Shown here: positions 26,886 to 36,830 of the stretch, piece after piece
Layout of the letters: the number at the start of each line of letters is the position of its first letter
Position numbering within the stretch: position 1 is the stretch's first letter
Assembly: GCA_963555755.3 (NCBI GenBank)
Contig: OY820905.2
Span: 2,848,001 to 2,912,000, forward strand
Source: Nitrospirales bacterium
Lineage (GTDB): Bacteria; Nitrospirota; Nitrospiria; Nitrospirales; UBA8639
Direction: 5' to 3'
Length of the DNA: 64,000 nucleotides
The notes under the pieces: model-generated
Seen by the model: only the letters and a program-made list of their open reading frames with translations
Database searches by the model: none
What the model was told of the DNA's origin: nothing
Position numbers and translations under genes: made by a program

Positions 26886-29800
26886 ATGGAACACCTTCTC
26901 ACCCTCTCCCTTCGTTACCGCTTCTTCACACTCGTGACCTTGCTTCTGGTCATGGGTACAGGGATTTACTCCTTAAGAGAGTTGCCCATTGATGCCGTGC
27001 CCGACCTCACTCCTGTGCAAGTCCAAATTCTGACCAAGGCTCCAGCCTTAGGTCCTATAGAAGTCGAGCAATTCGTCACCTTTCCCATTGAAACCAATAT
27101 GAGCGGACTGCCGGGTCTCAAAGAACTGCGCTCGATTTCTCAATTCGGGATTTCAGTCGTCACTGCGATATTTGAAGATCATATGGATCTGTACTTGGCA
27201 CGCCAACTGGTCAATGAACGATTGGCCATCGCCATTGAACAAATTCCTTCAGAATATGCCCGGCCCATGATGGGGCCGCTGACCACCGGCTTGGGGGAAG
27301 TCTATCAATTTACGGTCAGCGGTGAGGGCTACAGTCCCATGGAGCTGCGCACGTTATTGGAGTGGGATATTGGACGCCGTCTTCGTTCGGTCCCTGGCGT
27401 GGTCGAAGTGAATATTTGGGGCGGGCGGGAAAAACAGTTTCAAGTGATGGTCGATCCCCAAAAACTTTTAGCGCTCAAGCTTTCTCTCAAGGATGTGTAT
27501 GAGGCCCTCGAAAAAAACAATGCGCTGACTGGTGGTGGCTACATTGTGCACGAACGAGAACAGTTTCTTATTCGCGGGGAAGCCATGGCCAAAGGGGTCG
27601 AAGATCTCGGGCAAATCCTCGTCAGACATGCCCCTGGCGGAATCCCCATTTACATCAATGACGTGGCACTCGTACAAGTAGGCGCGAACCTCAGAATTGG
27701 CGCCGCAACCAGGATGGGTGAAGGGGAGACCGTGATTGGCATGGTTCAGATGCTGGCTGGGGCCAATGCCGAACACGTGGTCGAGCAAGTCAAAGCACGG
27801 GTGGAAGACATTCAATCTTCTTTGCCACCTGGTGTCGTGATCGAACCGTATTACGATCGTTCAATTTTTGTTTCCCAAGTCATTCACACCGTGCAAACAA
27901 ATCTGTTGGAAGGCGGGTTACTCGTCATTGCCATCTTGTTTTTGTTCCTTGGAAATTTTCGATCAGGCTTGATCGTCGCAGCAGCCATTCCCATATCCAT
28001 GCTGATCGCGTTTACCGGGATGCTCAAAACCGGCATTTCCGGAAACCTGATGAGTTTGGGCGCAATTGATTTTGGTTTACTGGTCGATGGATCCGTCGTG
28101 ATGATTGATAACATTCTCCGAAAGTTGAGCACTCTGGATAATGGGTCAGATGAAGACAGAGCCCAAGGCATTCAAGACGCGGCGAAAGAAGTGCTTCGTC
28201 CCATTACCTTTGCCGTGGGCATTATTATTTTAGTCTATCTTCCTATTCTGACTCTCGCCGGGCTAGAGGGAAAAATGTTCCAGCCCATGGCGTTTACGGT
28301 GATCTTTGCTCTTGCAGGTTCACTTATTTTTGCCGTTGCCGCTGTTCCGACTCTCGCGTTTTGGTTTGCCAAGTCCAAGACACAATATGAAGAAACCTGG
28401 CTGCTTCGAAAGATACGCAAATTCTACGAACCCTGTCTCCGTTTCTCAATTAGCAAACCTCAGTTGGCTGCGGGATCGGCCATCGTGCTGTTTGTCTTGA
28501 GCCTGTTTGTCGGCCCCTCGTTAGGCGTGGTTTTCATGCCCCGTTTAGATGAGGGAGACCTCGCTATCCAGGTATGGCGTTTGCCGAGCGTGTCGCTTGA
28601 TGAATCCGTGGCCACTGCACTCCAAGTGGAACAAAGCCTTCGCAAATTCCCCGAAGTCATCAAAGTGGTATCCAGAACGGGCAGCCCTGAAGTAGCCACC
28701 GATCCTATGGGCATCGAACTCTCTGATGTATTTGCGGTGTTGAAACCGAAGGATGAATGGGTGAGTGCCCAAACCAAAGAGGAACTGATCGAGAAAATGC
28801 GACATGCCATTTTGGAATCGGTGCATGGGGTTGGCCTCGGCTTTACCCAACCGATTGAAATGCGATTTAACGAACTCATTGCGGGAACCCGATCGGATAT
28901 TGCTGTGAAAATCTTCGGGGAGGATCTCTCGGTTCTTCGCAAACACGCGGAACAGGTTGCAAGCGTCTTAAAAAGTATTCCAGGGGCGACCGATGTGAAA
29001 GCCGAACAAGTGTCAGGCGTTCCGCGAATTCGTATTATCGTGGATCGAGACCAGATTGCTCGCTACGGTATTACTGCCGATGATGTGTTGACATATGTCC
29101 AAACCGCCCGTGCGGGCCAACATGTCGGAACCATCTTTGAGGGCGAAAAACGATTTGCTTTAGTTGTTCGTCTGACCGACCAATCCTCAGCCAGCCCTGC
29201 TGCGATCCGAAATTTGCTTGTGCCCACGCCACATGGCGAATTGGTGCCGTTATCCCGCATTGCGCAAGTAATCGTCGATGAAGGGCCAGCGCAAATTAGC
29301 CGCGAAAATACCCATCGCCGAATCGTGGTGGAAGCCAATATTCGAGGCCGGGACTTGGGTGGGTTTATGACCGAAGCGCAACAGACCATTCGAGAAAAAG
29401 TTTCACTTCCCTCTGGATACTATCTTGAATGGGGAGGGCAATTTGAACACCTGGAGGAAGCCACCCAACGCTTAGCCCTGGTCGTTCCCATTACGCTGAT
29501 CTTGATCATCGGCATGCTCTCACTTATTTTCGGCACGCTTCGCCCAGCCTTTCTTATTTTTCTCAATGTGCCTTTGGCACTATCAGGAGGAATTTTCGCG
29601 TTGTGGATTAGAGGACTGCCTCTGAGTATCTCCGCGAGTGTGGGGTTCATCGCATTATTTGGCATTGCGGTCTTGAATGGGGTGGTGCTGGTTTCCAGAA
29701 TTCGCAGCTTGGAACAAGAAGGATTGTCTACTGAACAGGCCGTGACACAGGGAGCCTTAGATCGACTCCGGCCTGTGTTGATGACCGCGTTAGTGGCTAG

Positions 29801-29978
29801 CTTGGGATTTCTTCCCATGGCGTTAGCCACCACCCTGGGCGCCGAAGTCCAACGCCCGCTTGCCACGGTGGTCATTGGAGGCTTAATCACATCCACGGCA
29901 CTCACACTACTAGTCATTCCTGCTGTCTATCGATACTTTTGCCCTGGGAGTTCTCATGAATCGACACCCACCACGTAA
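26886..29978 (+). CDS. czcA: Heavy-metal efflux RND permease (CzcA/CusA family)
   Basis: LPIDAVPD, GAIDFGLLVD, QPIEMR, RLRPVLMT, QRPLATVVIGG. Confidence 0.93.
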   Translation: MEHLLTLSLRYRFFTLVTLLLVMGTGIYSLRELPIDAVPDLTPVQVQILTKAPALGPIEVEQFVTFPIETNMSGLPGLKELRSISQFGISVVTAIFEDHMDLYLARQLVNERLAIAIEQIPSEYARPMMGPLTTGLGEVYQFTVSGEGYSPMELRTLLEWDIGRRLRSVPGVVEVNIWGGREKQFQVMVDPQKLLALKLSLKDVYEALEKNNALTGGGYIVHEREQFLIRGEAMAKGVEDLGQILVRHAPGGIPIYINDVALVQVGANLRIGAATRMGEGETVIGMVQMLAGANAEHVVEQVKARVEDIQSSLPPGVVIEPYYDRSIFVSQVIHTVQTNLLEGGLLVIAILFLFLGNFRSGLIVAAAIPISMLIAFTGMLKTGISGNLMSLGAIDFGLLVDGSVVMIDNILRKLSTLDNGSDEDRAQGIQDAAKEVLRPITFAVGIIILVYLPILTLAGLEGKMFQPMAFTVIFALAGSLIFAVAAVPTLAFWFAKSKTQYEETWLLRKIRKFYEPCLRFSISKPQLAAGSAIVLFVLSLFVGPSLGVVFMPRLDEGDLAIQVWRLPSVSLDESVATALQVEQSLRKFPEVIKVVSRTGSPEVATDPMGIELSDVFAVLKPKDEWVSAQTKEELIEKMRHAILESVHGVGLGFTQPIEMRFNELIAGTRSDIAVKIFGEDLSVLRKHAEQVASVLKSIPGATDVKAEQVSGVPRIRIIVDRDQIARYGITADDVLTYVQTARAGQHVGTIFEGEKRFALVVRLTDQSSASPAAIRNLLVPTPHGELVPLSRIAQVIVDEGPAQISRENTHRRIVVEANIRGRDLGGFMTEAQQTIREKVSLPSGYYLEWGGQFEHLEEATQRLALVVPITLILIIGMLSLIFGTLRPAFLIFLNVPLALSGGIFALWIRGLPLSISASVGFIALFGIAVLNGVVLVSRIRSLEQEGLSTEQAVTQGALDRLRPVLMTALVASLGFLPMALATTLGAEVQRPLATVVIGGLITSTALTLLVIPAVYRYFCPGSSHESTPTT

Positions 29979-31233
29979 ATACTTCTTTTCGTTTTTCGCA
30001 CAACTGTTAATCGGTTGCGTGTGCCTGTGGTCTGCAAACGGAACAGTGGTCTGGGGGCAAGAGGCCACGATTCAGTCGTATACGCTTCAAAGAGTTATAG
30101 ATCTGGCATTAACCCACCATCCGAGCATTGAGTTCGGAAAGGGAGTGATCGACGAAACGCAAGGCGACCAATTATCCGCGTCGGCCTATCCCAATCCTTC
30201 GTTGGGACTTCAAAGCGGACATGGGCAGGTCCTTGATCCCACTGGCCCTTCGTTGACCGAACGATATATCTCCTTGAGCCAGCCGTTAGAATGGCCAGGC
30301 ACTCGCGCGGCTCGGCAATCTGCTGCCAGAGCCGGCGTCACGAGCGCGCAAGCGAGTCTGGAAGTTACGCAGTTGAATGTGAAAGCCAGAGCGAAGCGAA
30401 CGTTTTATGAACTCCTCTTAGCCGAAACCCTGGCCGACCTGGCTTCGCGACTGTCGGACACCGTCACCGATTTCGAACGAGCCGTGAAACGTCGGGTGGA
30501 ATCCGGAGAAGCCCCACCGTTCGAGCTCGTAAAGGTGAATGTGGAAATGCTGCAAGCCCAAAAATTAGTGAGCCAAACCAAAGGGAAGGTTCGATCGAAC
30601 CAGGCCACTCTCAATCAACTCACAGCTGGAAATCTTGGGGAGGCCTTTTCCATCACCGGAGACTTTGAATCGGTCAAAACCAATTTGAATGAAAAGCGCC
30701 TGATAGAGGACGCCTTTCAATATCATCCCGAAGTCCGCAAGTTTCAACAATTGATTGAAAAAGCCAGTGCCCAACATAACCAAGAGCAACATGCCCGTGT
30801 GCCCAATGTGACGATTAACGGTGCCTATCAACGCGATGCGGGTCGAGAAGGATTCATCGGAGGGCTCACGATTCCCTTGCCACTTTGGAACCAACGACAG
30901 GGGGAGATTGCCAAAGCCTTAGGTATTCGCCGCCAGGCGGAAGCCAATCTGCAGGAAGCACGGATCACTCTCCAAAGAGGGATCATCGAGCACCTTCAAA
31001 ATTCCAGAACCGCATCCGCCCAAATCCACACATTCGAACAAGGCTTGTTGAAACAAGCCAAAGAAACCGTCCGCATAGCTCGAACAAGTTTCAAATTCGG
31101 CGAAGCCAGCTTACTCGATGTACTAGACGCCCAACGCGTCTTATGGCAAACCTTTCAAGGCTATGCGCAAGCCCGATTTGAATTATCCGTGGCACTCACG
31201 GAGTTGGAGCGGTTGGTGGGGAAGGAGTTATAA
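29956..31233 (+). CDS. TolC/CzcC family outer membrane efflux protein
   Basis: AYPNP, IPLPLWNQRQG, GEASLLDVLDAQR. Confidence 0.92.
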   Translation: MNRHPPRKYFFSFFAQLLIGCVCLWSANGTVVWGQEATIQSYTLQRVIDLALTHHPSIEFGKGVIDETQGDQLSASAYPNPSLGLQSGHGQVLDPTGPSLTERYISLSQPLEWPGTRAARQSAARAGVTSAQASLEVTQLNVKARAKRTFYELLLAETLADLASRLSDTVTDFERAVKRRVESGEAPPFELVKVNVEMLQAQKLVSQTKGKVRSNQATLNQLTAGNLGEAFSITGDFESVKTNLNEKRLIEDAFQYHPEVRKFQQLIEKASAQHNQEQHARVPNVTINGAYQRDAGREGFIGGLTIPLPLWNQRQGEIAKALGIRRQAEANLQEARITLQRGIIEHLQNSRTASAQIHTFEQGLLKQAKETVRIARTSFKFGEASLLDVLDAQRVLWQTFQGYAQARFELSVALTELERLVGKEL

Positions 31234-31263
31234 GGACTGTGTCACAATCATTGGGCTCGTTTG

Positions 31264-31524
31264 TTAAGCTGCAGACTCTTGATGAATGTCCCAACCTGGA
31301 AAAAGGAAAACAGCCGGATGACACTTGAGGGCCCTAGCGAACACCTTAGCACGTTCAACACCAAGCCTGATCCGATCGTTCTCTATACCAGAAATTGTGG
31401 ACTGTGGAATGCAAGTGAGCACCGAGAGCTCATTCTGGCTTAACTCCTGAAGCACCCGAAGAATACGAACCGATTCTCCCACGGAGACATCGACGAGCTT
31501 TTTGGCTTTTCGATAATTTTTCAT
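31264..31524 (-). CDS. XRE HTH protein (antitoxin-like)
   Basis: LSQNELS..IPQSTISGIEN..LGVERAK. Confidence 0.8.
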   Translation of the reverse strand: MKNYRKAKKLVDVSVGESVRILRVLQELSQNELSVLTCIPQSTISGIENDRIRLGVERAKVFARALKCHPAVFLFPGWDIHQESAA

Positions 31525-31553
31525 TCTTTGAATCTCAAGGTGTCAGTTCGACG

Positions 31554-31859
31554 CTAGACCGGAAGCAGCTCCGCTTTCGGGAAGGGCTTAACCTTGATGG
31601 ATCGGGCCGTCTTTTCCACGCTCGCTAAGTCATAGGCCAGTTGCATCCTCATCCAGTGCTCCACCGTGGAGCCAAACGCTTTTGACACCCGTACGGCCAT
31701 TTCTGGTGACAGCGACGCTTTTTCATTGATGACCCGAGACAACGTTGATCGGCTCACGCCAAGACGCTCGGCGCTTTCGGTGACGCCTAGACCTGTGGCA
31801 TTAATCGTATGTTTAATGATCTTTCCTGGGTGGATTGGGTATTTCATCACCATGCCCAT
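31554..31859 (-). CDS. higA: HigA family antitoxin
   Basis: PIHPG, LSPEMAVRVSKAFGST, WMRMQLAYDL. Confidence 0.9.
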   Translation of the reverse strand: MGMVMKYPIHPGKIIKHTINATGLGVTESAERLGVSRSTLSRVINEKASLSPEMAVRVSKAFGSTVEHWMRMQLAYDLASVEKTARSIKVKPFPKAELLPV

Positions 31860-31877
31860 CTTTCCTTTGGTCCCCTG

Positions 31878-32204
31878 CTATTGAAAAGCAGGCTCCAACG
31901 TGCCCTTATACGGTTTCACCTTGATTTTTTTCATACGTTCCTCAGCTTGCTCAGCGTCATATTGAAACTGCAACCGCATCCATCCATCGGGCGTAGACCC
32001 AAAGGCTTTCGAGAGTCGGATAGCCATATCCCAAGATAAATTAGTTTTTTGATTGATGAGATTGCTGAGGGCCTGTCGGGTCACGCCCAAGATTTTTGCA
32101 CCTTCCGTGACGGAAAGCCCAAAGGGTTCCAGACAATCCACTTTCACCCCAAATCCAGGATGCGGAGGGTTTTTCATTCGTTTAACAGTTCGTTTCAGAC
32201 TCAT
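31878..32204 (-). CDS. higA: HigA family antitoxin
   Basis: NPPHPG, MAIRLSKAFGST, WMRLQFQYD. Confidence 0.9.
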   Translation of the reverse strand: MSLKRTVKRMKNPPHPGFGVKVDCLEPFGLSVTEGAKILGVTRQALSNLINQKTNLSWDMAIRLSKAFGSTPDGWMRLQFQYDAEQAEERMKKIKVKPYKGTLEPAFQ

Positions 32205-32218
32205 GGTCTTTTCCTTTT

Positions 32219-32497
32219 CTAATGGTAGTCTTCAAAATTCACATCAAAGGCATCACCGTCTTCGAATTGAAAGGTAATCCGCCAGTTGGCCCGGACTGTC
32301 ACGCTCCATATACCTTTTCGGTCTCCTTTGAATTCATGCAGGTGATAGGAATGCACATTCATCACTTCAATCGTCTTGGCCGTATCCAAACGCGCCAAAA
32401 TAAGGCTGATCCGTTGCAGCATATCGTGGGGTATTCGCCGAGAATCGCCTTCTTCAAAAAATCGTTTCAGGCCGCGATGCTTAAAACTATGGATCAT
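32219..32497 (-). CDS. higB: HigB (plasmid maintenance killer) toxin
   Basis: MIHSFKHRGLKRFF, WSVTVRANWRITF, EDYH. Confidence 0.92.
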   Translation of the reverse strand: MIHSFKHRGLKRFFEEGDSRRIPHDMLQRISLILARLDTAKTIEVMNVHSYHLHEFKGDRKGIWSVTVRANWRITFQFEDGDAFDVNFEDYH

Positions 32498-32502
32498 TCA
32501 TT

Positions 32503-32532
32503 ATCGTAAAGTGGCAATTGACAGGTGTCAAT
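32503..32532 (-). promoter_or_regulatory. higBA promoter with operator
   Basis: TTGACA-N17-TACGAT, ATG 5 nt later; palindrome ATTGACA-N2-TGTCAAT over the -35 box. Confidence 0.75.
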
Positions 32533-32676
32533 ATGAAAGACCCGCGTGAGGGAACAAATTTTGAAGTTTAAACTCTGAAGGGATAGCAAAATGGAGATTA
32601 TTGTTCGGATGAAGGAGGTGGATATTGGACCGAGAATGAATGTGGCTTTTTTTAAAAATGTTGAAACCACGAAGAG

Positions 32677-32934
32677 AAAGGCATCACCGAACAAGTCCAA
32701 ATTTCCAAAACCGCCTTCGCGCAAATTCAAACATTTGAAAAGGGATTATTGAAACAAGCCAAAGAAGCCGTCCGCATAGCTCGAACAAGTTTTAAGTTCG
32801 GAGAAGCCAGCTTGCTGGATGTACTAGATGCCCAACGGGTGCTATGGCACACCTTTCAAGGGTATGCGCAAGCACGATTTGAGTTGTCCGTGGCACTCAC
32901 GGAGTTAGAACGGTTGGTGGGGAAGGAATTGTAG
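32677..32934 (+). pseudogene. Second copy of the czcC/tolC 3' end (about 85 codons)
   Basis: Colinear with 30976-31233; mostly synonymous differences in the last 60 codons. Confidence 0.92.
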
Positions 32935-33063
32935 ATGGTTTGGGAAATTCGTAGGACCTATGGGTTTTTAAATTGATGAATGAACTTTCTCGGCGTATGG
33001 GTAAAAAACTCATCCAGGCTTGCGGTATCTAAAAAACACAGGTTTTTCAATCGAATAGACCTA

Positions 33064-34650
33064 CCCAAGATCCGCGATGGGTTTGGTCAACAGAGGTCCT
33101 TTGGCAAAACCCACGTGTTCGCGCCGTTGCTTAGTCAATGGTCTGGCTGGATTTGAGCCACCTCCCAGAGTTGCCTGTCCTGACATGGGATCGACCAGCC
33201 TTTTGGGCAGACCACTCCCTTCCTGCTTCCTTCTTCTCTTGTGCTGTCCCCTGCCCCGGCTTAATAAGGCTGGGCAGCTTCTGCACAGCGCGTCCGAATC
33301 TCCTCACACAAGCCCCACAGCTGTTGTTGCACTTTGAGGATCACGGCACCAGCATGCCGGACCACTTTGCCCGCCACCTGATACAGCCGCCAACGCACCG
33401 TGCGCACTTGGCACTGGCTCCAGGCATAGGGCAACGCCAACAACTTGAACAACACAAACAGGTTGTAGGCTAACACGCCAATGCGAAAGAAGACGGCATT
33501 GGCCGCGAAGGTCCCACACGGAAGCCGTTCCATGCCAAAGCCACTCTTCAGTTCTTTGATGCGATTCTCGCTGGTCTCGCCCCGCTGGTTGTACCATCGT
33601 ACAATCTCCTCAGGGGTTCCATCTCGGTTCGTCGCAATCAGCGTGTAGCGCAGGCTGGGGGCCTCGGGGGCAAACAGATCCTGTTGCACGGGCCGTCGCA
33701 ATACGATGAGGCGAAAGGCTTGCTTGGTCTTCGCCATACAATGTACCGTTTCAGCGAGATGGCCATCTCGGTAGGGTTGCCACTGGCTCTCAGGGATGGC
33801 GGCAATGACGGCCTGCACGGCCGTATCCTGCACGCCCCCAATCGCAAACGTCACGTTGTGCTCCTCGCACCAATTGAACAACTCCGCTTGGTACGCCGCA
33901 CTATCCGCCCGCACATGAGCAATCCGTTTGCCTTTGGGCATCTGCGCCGCACACGCCTGGGTGAATTCAAGATTGCGGGACGCCGGAGCCTCATTCCCTT
34001 CACGAAACTCCTCCCCAAGCACCAGCCCATTTTCCGCCAGGTGCCCCAGCATCGGCAGATAGCCTCGCTCCCCCTTGTACGTCCATTTGGCTGCCTGCTT
34101 CTCCGCGACAATCTGCGTGGCATCAAGATCGAGGGTATAGTCCGTGCGCGGTTCCCGCTTCAACGCCCGCCGGATCTGCTGCTGATTGACGACGGCTAAA
34201 CTTGCTAAACCATCCTTCTCCCCCATGCGTCGCAGCCAATCGCCCGTGGCATCGGCACTGGGAACCACGGGGAGTCGCAGCACGGCCCGCAAGCCCGCAT
34301 CCTCGCGAATCTGGCGCAGATCCTCCAGCGTCCGGCCCCCGCCATGCAACATCAGCAGCAGGGGCTCGACAAATTGGGCGGGGTGATAGCCGATGCGGCT
34401 CCCGGGCGCGGGCAAGGCCGCATTGAGTTGCCGGGGCACATTCATGGCTTGGAGAAACTCCCCGAACAGCGCCAGCCCGCCATGAGCGGTGAGCTGTTCG
34501 TCGGTGGGCTCAAGCTTGAACGGAAGAACGGTTTGTGGCATCATTCGTTTCACCTCGTTGGTGAGGAGTGGCTAAGTGGGTGGGCACCCGTATCTTAGCA
34601 AATCAACGAGGTTTTTTTATGCCCAAAATAAATCCATCGCGGATCTTGGG
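33064..34650 (-). mobile_element. IS1380 family insertion sequence
   Basis: 17-bp TIR CCCAAGATCCGCGATGG; 5-bp TSD ACCTA. Confidence 0.92.
33261..34553 (-). CDS. IS1380 family transposase
   Basis: LTAHGGL, LDLDAT, RADSA, YNQRGETSENRIKELK, FAAN. Confidence 0.93.
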   Translation of the reverse strand: MKRMMPQTVLPFKLEPTDEQLTAHGGLALFGEFLQAMNVPRQLNAALPAPGSRIGYHPAQFVEPLLLMLHGGGRTLEDLRQIREDAGLRAVLRLPVVPSADATGDWLRRMGEKDGLASLAVVNQQQIRRALKREPRTDYTLDLDATQIVAEKQAAKWTYKGERGYLPMLGHLAENGLVLGEEFREGNEAPASRNLEFTQACAAQMPKGKRIAHVRADSAAYQAELFNWCEEHNVTFAIGGVQDTAVQAVIAAIPESQWQPYRDGHLAETVHCMAKTKQAFRLIVLRRPVQQDLFAPEAPSLRYTLIATNRDGTPEEIVRWYNQRGETSENRIKELKSGFGMERLPCGTFAANAVFFRIGVLAYNLFVLFKLLALPYAWSQCQVRTVRWRLYQVAGKVVRHAGAVILKVQQQLWGLCEEIRTRCAEAAQPY

Positions 34651-34923
34651 ACCTAAAAAGGGACAGGGAAGATTCCATCTGTCCGCGACTCTGTAAATTT
34701 TTTTGTTGCCTTAAACAATTGGTTCATGTACAAGGAAGACTCGTGTCCAGAGGGCCTGTTGGTGAACAACTCACCATACAAGTAGGGCCCATTAAGGTTT
34801 CCCAAGAAATATAGTCGGAAGTTTTTTAAGCCGCTTAGCTGTTCGCATCATCGGCCTCCCTTCCAGTCGTTTCTTTCTCGGGTTTTAAACCAAATTACAA
34901 TTTAATATGTAAGGAGAGCTCCT

Positions 34924-35241
34924 ATGAGTTCAAAGATTTACGTGGGTGGTTTGCCCTATTCCACCGATGAGCAGCAGTTAGAAGACCTTTTTGCCAACCA
35001 TGGTACGGTTCAGTCCGCGCGGGTGATCACAGACAAATACACCGGTCAGTCGCGGGGCTTTGGCTTTGTGGAAATGTCCACGAGCAACGAGTCGAGTGAT
35101 GCGATTTCGGGGTTGCACGGCACGGAACTGGGTGGACGGACATTGACCGTCAATGAAGCAAAACCCCAGGCGCCTCGCTCCGGAAGAAGCAGCTTTGGCG
35201 ATGACCCTGGTGTAAGGGAAGCAAACAGAGGACGTTGGTAA
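34924..35241 (+). CDS. RRM RNA-binding protein
   Basis: RNP2 IYVGGL, RNP1 RGFGFVEM. Confidence 0.95.
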   Translation: MSSKIYVGGLPYSTDEQQLEDLFANHGTVQSARVITDKYTGQSRGFGFVEMSTSNESSDAISGLHGTELGGRTLTVNEAKPQAPRSGRSSFGDDPGVREANRGRW

Positions 35242-35388
35242 CCCAATAGAACTCGCCCGAAGGAGAAAGGTAGGGACAGCCAACCTCCTTTCTTACTGCG
35301 GGTGGGGATGACTCACTAAGGAAGTCGCACTCGGTACACCACTAAATGGAATATGATTGTCGATAACTAAAAAAATTGTAATGGATGG

Positions 35389-35850
35389 ATGGGGATGGGT
35401 ATGAAAACCAAAAAAACTGGCAGTGAAAAAGGGGCGGGGGCCTCGCCTACTTCAAAAAAGCCAAAGACGGTCACGACGAAAAAACAGGAACGGACTCCCT
35501 CCAGCAAGACTGCCACACGAACGGGTGGTCCCAAAAAAGGGAAGACCATCGCAAAGCCTCAGCCTCCGGCGTCTGAAGTGGTATATGCGAAAAATACCAA
35601 TACAACAAAAACGAAGGAACGGACTTCTGCAACCAAAACTGCCACACGAACGGGTAGTTCCAAAAAAATGAAGACCATCGCAAAACCTCAGCCTCCGACT
35701 CCAGAAGAGTTATATGGGAAAATTTCCAAACTTGCGTATGAATTGTATGAGCGACGGGGCTGGTACCAAGGACAGGATCTGAGTGACTGGCTGGATGCTG
35801 AACGTCAAGTCTTTGCTCAGAAACCACTCGTCACGACCCTCGATCGTTGA
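35389..35850 (+). CDS. Lys/Thr-rich protein with C-terminal DUF2934-like domain
   Basis: ISKLAYELYERRG..G.DLSDWLDAE; internal duplication with 129-bp period. Confidence 0.75.
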   Translation: MGMGMKTKKTGSEKGAGASPTSKKPKTVTTKKQERTPSSKTATRTGGPKKGKTIAKPQPPASEVVYAKNTNTTKTKERTSATKTATRTGSSKKMKTIAKPQPPTPEELYGKISKLAYELYERRGWYQGQDLSDWLDAERQVFAQKPLVTTLDR

Positions 35851-35918
35851 CCCTGTATGGTGCGGTGATCGTTTTGGGTCACTGGGCCATTCAGACACAA
35901 GAAGGAGATTTTGGACTT

Positions 35919-36515
35919 ATGAAAAAAAGTCGAACATTCATCAGCAAACCATACACAACAGCCTGTATGACTATGATGGCTGCTATCATCTCAATCCCAC
36001 TGACCCCGAGTATAAGCGGGGTATTTCAAGGCTCCGTGAAAACAATGGCGGAAGTCGTTGGAAGCGCTTCCTCTCTGGAACAGAGCGGTGCGCTTCAGAA
36101 ACTGCGACATTTTCACCCCAGTGAGGCACTTGCGGCACTTACCGTATACTTTGAAGCAGCTGGTGAGAGCTTTGCAGGTAAACTCGCAATGGCCGCCGTG
36201 ATAAGAAATAGGATGAAGCTGAAGTATCAAAGCGATGGAACAGTCAAGGGAACCGTTTTGAAAGCCAGGCAATTTCAGCCCTGGAGTACAAGAAACCCCT
36301 ACCACATCCCTTTGGACCTTAAAAAGAAAAGTATGAGGGACAGCTTATTGGCATGGAGGCTGGTCCAAGACGGAAGAAATGTCGTCGACGGTGCCGTTCT
36401 TTTTTATAACCCGAAACTCGTTCGAACCCCGTATTGGGCTACAGTCAGTCAAAGGGTGTCCACCATTGGTGGCCATGAATTTTACACTCCGCCAAGCCGA
36501 AGCCGACGGACCTAA
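35919..36515 (+). CDS. Cell wall hydrolase, SleB/Hydrolase_2 family
   Basis: TVYFEAAGE, VIRNR, QFQPW, GAVLFYNP, IGGHEFY; RBS AAGGAG before ATG 35919. Confidence 0.88.
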   Translation: MKKSRTFISKPYTTACMTMMAAIISIPLTPSISGVFQGSVKTMAEVVGSASSLEQSGALQKLRHFHPSEALAALTVYFEAAGESFAGKLAMAAVIRNRMKLKYQSDGTVKGTVLKARQFQPWSTRNPYHIPLDLKKKSMRDSLLAWRLVQDGRNVVDGAVLFYNPKLVRTPYWATVSQRVSTIGGHEFYTPPSRSRRT

Positions 36516-36586
36516 GGGAGCGCTGAAGGCCCATCTCCACACATTTGGGATAAAAAAGATTTCACGCAGTTTCCCACGAAGTAGAA

Positions 36587-36639
36587 GCTGACCTCTCCTA
36601 ATCAGCGGGTCACAGTTTCGATCCCCGTACGACCCACCA
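36587..36639 (+). pseudogene. 3' half of a tRNA (Lys-like), degenerate
   Basis: GCTGA..TAATCAGC-GGGTC-ACAGTTTCGATCCCCGT-ACGACCC-ACCA; enlarged anticodon loop; no 5' acceptor strand. Confidence 0.7.
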
Positions 36640-36830
36640 CTTAAACCGGATTATTTTTAAACAATTCGTGTCTGAAGAAGCCGTCCGCATAGCTCGCACG
36701 AGTTTTAAATTCGGAGAAGCCAGCTTGCTTGATGTGCCAGGAGCCTGTCCGACATGAGTGATCGTCGCGAGATTGTGCTGGTTTGATGCAGATTTTTCGA
36801 TTGTTTGAGGCGAATAGTGGTGACTATTTA

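Noticed and set aside
32975..33035. NELSRRMGKKLIQACGI* as a possible HicA tail
   Set aside because: Too short to support without a search.
34740..34923. Riboswitch or thermometer in the RRM leader
   Set aside because: No recognisable aptamer consensus.
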